From positions 1 to 51,698 of the forward strand of contig CAYIXE010000002.1 of assembly GCA_964367095.1 (NCBI GenBank): DNA of 51,698 nt. The letters are read 5' to 3'. The notes beneath the pieces are model-generated. The model did not search any database. It saw only the letters and a list, made by a program, of their open reading frames with translations, and was not told where the DNA came from. Both the position numbers and the translations under genes were made by a program. Positions 48,573 through 51,698 of the stretch are shown one piece after another. The first letter of the stretch is position 1. Each line of letters starts with the position of its first letter. Origin of the DNA: an uncultured Gammaproteobacteria bacterium (GTDB taxonomy: Bacteria; Patescibacteriota; Microgenomatia; UBA10105; UBA927).

Positions 48573-48602
48573 GCTCGGGATTACACGAAAATTTATCAAT
48601 CT

Positions 48603-48632
48603 ATTATAACAATCTATAAAAAAGTGGATCAA
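48603..48632 (-). promoter_or_regulatory. putative sigma70-type promoter of the giant ORF
   Basis: On the minus strand: TTGATC (48627-48632), an 18-nt spacer, then an extended -10 TGT-TATAAT (TATAAT at 48603-48608). The same 10-mer TTGTTATAAT precedes the tRNA-Ala gene at 49429-49438. Confidence 0.4.
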
Positions 48633-48744
48633 TAGTGACGATTTTGAAGACTGAGGAGATTTTTTGGTGTATTCACTTTGAATTGGCTCTATGATATGGT
48701 TTATCAAGGATTAACAAAAGCCCCGATATCCCCAAATGTTTCAT

Positions 48745-48762
48745 CCCGCCGCTTTTGGCGGG
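48745..48762. other. GC-rich stem-loop in the intergenic region
   Basis: cccgcc-gctttt-ggcggg, a 6-bp GC stem. There is no clear U-tract on either strand. Confidence 0.3.
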
Positions 48763-48814
48763 ACAAAACTTTATATCAGGTCTCTTATTACTACTATGAA
48801 GCCGTAAGGCGTAT

Positions 48815-49040
48815 AAAGTCAAGAAGAAAATGTAAGATGATCTCTCAATTTTCCTAAAAGATGATTTCTCAATTTTCACATCAGCAAGACCTTTAGTATG
48901 CTTGACTGATTGTAACGTAAATACAAAGCTCAATGAGCAGGTTGTAGGCTTTTTGCCTATAAGAATTTAAACCGTGCAAATTGAGAAATCAAAAAACGAC
49001 GTAAATTGAGAGATCACTTTACAAAAGTCAAGAAGAAAAT
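48815..49040. promoter_or_regulatory. nested repeat array (operator-like) between the giant ORF and the divergent small ORF
   Basis: The 14-mers tgatctctcaattt (48838-48851) and tgatttctcaattt (48862-48875) recur as exact inverted copies at 48978-48991 and 49003-49016. The block is bracketed by a 17-bp direct repeat aaagtcaagaagaaaat (48815-48831 and 49024-49040). Confidence 0.6.
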
Positions 49041-49046
49041 AGGCCC

Positions 49047-49077
49047 TTGACAACCACTCCCCATTTTCGTCTACACT
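49047..49077 (+). promoter_or_regulatory. possible promoter for the small ORF at 49184
   Basis: TTGACA (49047-49052) and TACACT (49072-49077), but the 19-nt spacer is long. Confidence 0.3.
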
Positions 49078-49142
49078 AATAGAGCCACATGAAGAATGTG
49101 CTGTATCGATTCATTCGAATATGTGGCATAAATAGTCGTAAT

Positions 49143-49169
49143 CCTAAATAATTGAAGCAATTATTTAGG
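49143..49169 (+). promoter_or_regulatory. perfect 12-bp hairpin overlapping the Shine-Dalgarno of the small ORF
   Basis: cctaaataattg-aag-caattatttagg. The 3' arm runs into AGGA (49167-49170), 13 nt upstream of the ATG at 49184. Confidence 0.45.
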
Positions 49170-49183
49170 AACGAACCATTAAA

Positions 49184-49396
49184 ATGAAAAAGAAAATACA
49201 TCGAAAGATTTCAAGGGCTACTCGCACAAAAAGTGCAAAACCTAAAGAATCGCTCCTCGTTCTCATCCGAAGCTGGATGCTTCTTGTCATGTTTGCACTG
49301 ATGTTGGGGCTTGGTGCTGTCGTCGGCACTTTCTTTAACGAAAAGTCAGCAGAGTCTACGCCAGTTGTCGCCGGAGCTTCTATTGAGGCAAGATAA
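49184..49396 (+). CDS. small hypothetical membrane protein (70 aa: basic N-terminus, one TM helix)
   Basis: Track ORF MKKKIHRKISRATRTKSAKPKESLLVLIRSWMLLVMFALMLGLGAVVGTFF... It has an ATG start with AGGA upstream and lies in an otherwise non-coding interval. Confidence 0.5.
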   Translation: MKKKIHRKISRATRTKSAKPKESLLVLIRSWMLLVMFALMLGLGAVVGTFFNEKSAESTPVVAGASIEAR

Positions 49397-49428
49397 TCTC
49401 ACCTTCTCGTTTCTAACACTATCTTTTT

Positions 49429-49438
49429 TTGTTATAAT
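49429..49438 (+). promoter_or_regulatory. extended -10 element (TGT-TATAAT) upstream of tRNA-Ala
   Basis: ttgttataat ends 17 nt before the tRNA 5' end. The -35 is weak. Confidence 0.4.
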
Positions 49439-49455
49439 CCTTTTATCACGTTCAC

Positions 49456-49526
49456 GGGCCTATAGGTAAGTGGTATACCGCTATCTTCGCATGATAGAGT
49501 CGCCAATTCGATTCTGGCTAGGTCCA
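49456..49526 (+). tRNA. tRNA-Ala (anticodon CGC), no encoded CCA
   Basis: Hand-folded cloverleaf. The acceptor GGGCCTA/TAGGTCC has G3-U70. The D stem is ggta/tacc with a GG loop. The anticodon stem is ctatc/gatag with loop ttCGCat. The T arm is gccaa-ttcgatt-ctggc with an A53-C61 mismatch. The discriminator is A. Confidence 0.75.
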
Positions 49527-49579
49527 CAAGAAAGAAAACAAATAGGACTTATAAGTCTTATAAGACGAATTAGTCAAAT

Positions 49580-50152
49580 ATGATTATGAATAAATCAGGT
49601 GGCTATGAAAGCCTTTTAGTGTATCGATTTGCAGTGGTGATATATGATTTGACAGAGGTATTTTGTCAAAAATACCTATTTAACCTCGCATTTAAGCGAG
49701 ACGTTGAGCAAATGCGACATGCAGCCCGAAGTGGGAAGCAAAATATCGCTGAAGGGTCACTCGAGAATAGTGTGGAGGGAAACCTAAAGCTTACTGGGGT
49801 TGCGAGAGCGAGTTTTGGAGAATTGCTTGAGGACTATAAAGATTTTATTCGAAGAAATAGTTTGTCTTTGTGGGAGAAAAATGATCCTAAAATATTGGAA
49901 ATACGAAAAATACGAGACGATGCCAATGGGTCAAATAAGTCTAATAGGTCTTATCAGTCGTATGTTTCTTATCTAGAAAAACCCGAAGAATTTGCTAATC
50001 TTATGGTCACGTTATGTTATACAGAGGGATACTTGATGGATCAGTTATTGAAGGCTATAGAAAATAAATTTGTCGAAGAAGGCGGGTTTCGTGAAAATTT
50101 ATTTCGAAAAAGAAGAGAGTATAAAGAGAAAGGGCCTGTGGTATACCGGTAA
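49580..50152 (+). CDS. four-helix-bundle protein (23S rRNA intervening-sequence protein / Avd-like family)
   Basis: Track ORF of 190 aa. YRFAVVIYDLTEVF ... RSGKQNIAEGS ... ARASFGELLEDY is typical of this family. The C-terminal GGFRENLFRKR looks like the described suffix domain. Confidence 0.7.
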   Translation: MIMNKSGGYESLLVYRFAVVIYDLTEVFCQKYLFNLAFKRDVEQMRHAARSGKQNIAEGSLENSVEGNLKLTGVARASFGELLEDYKDFIRRNSLSLWEKNDPKILEIRKIRDDANGSNKSNRSYQSYVSYLEKPEEFANLMVTLCYTEGYLMDQLLKAIENKFVEEGGFRENLFRKRREYKEKGPVVYR

Positions 50153-50202
50153 CACGTCGCTATGGCATAGCGAAATAGGGGGTCCGATTCCCCCCAGGTC
50201 CA
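50132..50202 (+). tRNA. tRNA-Ala (anticodon GGC), no encoded CCA; 5' 21 nt overlap the end of the preceding ORF
   Basis: The acceptor GGGCCTG/CAGGTCC has G3-U70. The D loop is accGGta. The anticodon stem is tcgct/agcga with loop atGGCat. The T arm is ggggg-tccgatt-ccccc, with C at position 55 instead of U. Confidence 0.65.
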
Positions 50203-50234
50203 CACTTCTCCCGCTGAAAGCGGGATTCGTGTGG
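50200..50234 (+). other. extended stem-loop starting in the tRNA 3' end
   Basis: ccacac..cccgc-tgaaa-gcggg..gtgtgg. No U-tract follows. Confidence 0.3.
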
Positions 50235-50254
50235 CACAGCCGCGCAAGAAGTGT

Positions 50255-50283
50255 GTCCCATGAAGCTTTATGCGAAATGGGAC
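50255..50283 (-). terminator. hairpin 9 nt downstream of the M23 peptidase stop codon
   Basis: gtcccat-(15 nt)-atgggac. The U-tract is weak or absent. Confidence 0.3.
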
Positions 50284-50291
50284 GTCATATT

Positions 50292-51440
50292 TTACTTCAA
50301 AAACGACAACGGGTTCACAATCGTGCCATTTTTCCGTACTTCAAAATGAAGATGTGTGCCTGTAGATTTACCCGTTGATCCCATTTTCCCGATCACCTGT
50401 CCGCGCGTAACCTTATCTCCGGTCTTTACATATATTTCAGTCATATGCGCATAAAGTGTTGACAGCCCGTCACTATGACCTAAGATCAGATGGTGTCCAT
50501 ACCCATACTTGAGATACTCTACCAATACCACCTGTCCATCAGAAGCAGCAGTCACCGGCGGCTGAGACGGATTCGCGATATCTAACGCTAAATGATACCA
50601 AATCGGATATTGGGTAATCACACCCACACTTGGCCACGAAAATTGTCCACTCCCTCCGGCGATAAGTGGTCTGGTAGTAAATGATCGAGGAATTATCGGT
50701 GCTGCTGCAGGAGGCACGCCATCCGGCACGATAAGCGTCTGCCCCACGTTTAATGCAAACGTATCAAGATCAGCGAAATCATTGAAAGGAAAGTTAAGTA
50801 TTTTTTGCGCTTCCGTCTGATACCGTTTTGCTATCGAATAAATCGTATCTCCTTCCCGCACTTTATGCACAATTCCCGTAACAGGAGGAATTTTTAATTC
50901 TTGCGCTATACTCAAACTATCTCTTTTTAGATCATTTGCCCACTTTATACTATCAACGGATACACCAAACTTTTCCGCAACTGTTGATAGGGTATCACCG
51001 CTTGTGACTTGATATGTTATGATTTGATCACGTGGTTTTTCGGATATTTGGGTTTGGATACCATATTCAGATACATCAAGAGACGTAAGTACAGCTGATG
51101 GTGCCGTAAAATCCGCAAGTGCTGATGGCACACCCGAAGGATAACTGTTGGCTAAAATAGGTGCCGACACGAATGCCGAAACGACCAAAACACTGACGGA
51201 GAAATGTAAAAATGGCCGTTGATATCCTCCGCGTCTGGCCATAAGCACATCCACCAGGACATCCTTTTTTGATTCAAAACGTACACCGAAATTTCTCAAC
51301 CTACGAGAAATGTACATGTACCAACCCTGTCCCCACAAGCGTATATCATCGATAAGAGTAGCTATGAATTTTCTCATACTGTATTGTCGTGGTAGCTTAG
51401 TCTTTCCCGAGGACGTCCAAAAATTCTTTATTTGACTCAA
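50292..51440 (-). CDS. LysM-domain M23 family metallopeptidase (membrane anchored)
   Basis: The track ORF shows a TM segment FLHFSVSVLVVSAFVSAPIL and two LysM repeats (YQVTSGDTLSTVAEKFG..., HKVREGDTIYSIAKRY...). The M23 core is GYGHHLILGH ... GSTGKSTGTHLHFEV. The real start may be the ATG at 51377, which avoids the 44-nt overlap with rho. Confidence 0.85.
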   Translation of the reverse strand: MSQIKNFWTSSGKTKLPRQYSMRKFIATLIDDIRLWGQGWYMYISRRLRNFGVRFESKKDVLVDVLMARRGGYQRPFLHFSVSVLVVSAFVSAPILANSYPSGVPSALADFTAPSAVLTSLDVSEYGIQTQISEKPRDQIITYQVTSGDTLSTVAEKFGVSVDSIKWANDLKRDSLSIAQELKIPPVTGIVHKVREGDTIYSIAKRYQTEAQKILNFPFNDFADLDTFALNVGQTLIVPDGVPPAAAPIIPRSFTTRPLIAGGSGQFSWPSVGVITQYPIWYHLALDIANPSQPPVTAASDGQVVLVEYLKYGYGHHLILGHSDGLSTLYAHMTEIYVKTGDKVTRGQVIGKMGSTGKSTGTHLHFEVRKNGTIVNPLSFLK

Positions 51441-51698
51441 TTTTGCTCATCTTGTCGATAAGCATGAGGGTTCGCTCATCATCAGACAAAAGAGTGAGCA
51501 TGTGCCGCAATGTAATAATCCGCTTCATACTCTCTTCCCCCAAGAGCAATTCATCATGGCGCGTGCCGCTTTTGCCTACATCGATAGCCGGAAACACGCG
51601 TCGTTCCTGAAGTGATCGGGAAAGATGAAGCTCCATGTTGCCTGTACCTTTAAATTCTTCGTAGATGAGGTCATCCATCCTGCTTCCCGTCTCTATAA
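51397..51698 (-). CDS. rho: transcription termination factor Rho, C-terminal part (5' end outside the window)
   Basis: IETGSRMDDLIYEEFKGTGNMELHLSRSLQERRVFPAIDVGKSGTRHDELLL matches the conserved Rho C-terminal region. The frame is open to the right edge of the window. Confidence 0.85.
   Translation of the reverse strand, partial: IETGSRMDDLIYEEFKGTGNMELHLSRSLQERRVFPAIDVGKSGTRHDELLLGEESMKRIITLRHMLTLLSDDERTLMLIDKMSKIESNKEFLDVLGKD

Noticed and set aside
45-48386. The many + strand ORFs in the supplied track (for example 42055-42876 at 273 aa, 22903-23502 at 199 aa and 23545-24063 at 172 aa).
   Set aside because: They all lie antisense to the stop-free minus-strand frame. They are Ser/Cys/Phe/Leu-rich low-complexity translations without motifs, and they lack convincing starts. 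They are best explained as antisense shadows of the giant ORF.
1-48572. Alternative genetic code (UGA recoded), considered as the reason for the absence of long ORFs in the track.
   Set aside because: The minus-strand frame is free of TGA, TAA and TAG under the standard code wherever checked. The neighbouring rho, M23 and four-helix-bundle genes are also intact in the standard code. The gap in the track is better explained by the ORF having no stop inside the window.
48673-48933. The 86-aa minus-strand ORF in the intergenic region.
   Set aside because: It overlaps the operator-like repeats and the GC hairpin. It has no recognisable ribosome-binding site or motif, and its composition looks non-coding.
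1641-49526. A 47.8-kb genomic island bounded by tRNA-Ala and a tRNA-like direct repeat.
   Set aside because: The tRNA-like copy lies upstream, not downstream, of the intact tRNA. It is full-length rather than a 3' fragment. It sits in frame inside the giant ORF, and no integrase is present.
49580-50152. The four-helix-bundle (Avd-like) gene as a marker of a diversity-generating retroelement targeting the giant gene.
   Set aside because: No reverse transcriptase is visible in the window. The internal repeats (119 bp and 91 bp) are identical rather than differing at adenines, as a TR/VR pair would.
51378-51440. The long version of the M23 peptidase ORF, which overlaps the end of rho by 44 nt.
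   Set aside because: The in-frame ATG at 51377 gives a typical basic N-terminus before the TM segment and avoids the overlap. The longer start is kept only as the maximal ORF.
1-51698. CRISPR arrays, rRNA genes, and IS or transposase genes.
   Set aside because: I saw no short regularly spaced direct repeats, no rRNA-like conserved stretches, and no transposase or integrase motifs in any segment read.

Overview
One very large reverse-strand ORF dominates the window, and the supplied ORF track does not list it. It starts at a TTG near 48572, preceded by a sigma70-like promoter at 48603-48632 and followed by an N-terminal membrane anchor. From there the frame whose codon first bases satisfy pos mod 3 = 2 stays open down to position 1 and leaves the window. 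That is at least 16,190 codons (more than 48.5 kb) with the C-terminus still missing. The + strand track ORFs between 45 and 48386 look like antisense shadows of this gene. I translated the frame by hand and confirmed about 45 segments codon by codon; the remainder was read less rigorously. In N-to-C order (right to left) the product shows these elements:
- a TM anchor and a Cys-rich region with three CD..YEKCL repeats
- long helical stretches
- a SecA-like DEAD-motor ATPase
- two internal TM clusters
- a PRTase-like motif
- an FHA / PP2C-like / FHA-like block
- a RIO/Bud32-like kinase fold
- a complete 377-aa intein (Hint) domain
- two more kinase-like domains
- a J-like domain without HPD, followed by a TM helix
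- an SGNH hydrolase
- two HExxH modules
- a degenerate GGDEF-like domain
- a fourth kinase-like domain
- a ParB/Srx-like motif
- a Fic-like HxxxDGNGR motif
- a class I methyltransferase motif
- two further HExxH modules
From about 15.5 kb leftwards these modules are separated by a recurring WWQ-type linker and by perfect in-frame DNA repeats of 119 bp and 91 bp. The right 3 kb holds ordinary genes: a repeat-rich intergenic control region, a small membrane-protein ORF, two tRNA-Ala genes bracketing a four-helix-bundle protein gene, a LysM/M23 peptidase and the 3' part of rho. I saw no rRNA, CRISPR array, transposase or integrase. The taxon cannot be determined from this window; an uncultivated small-genome lineage is only a guess. 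All domain calls rest on short motifs read by eye and need profile or structure searches.
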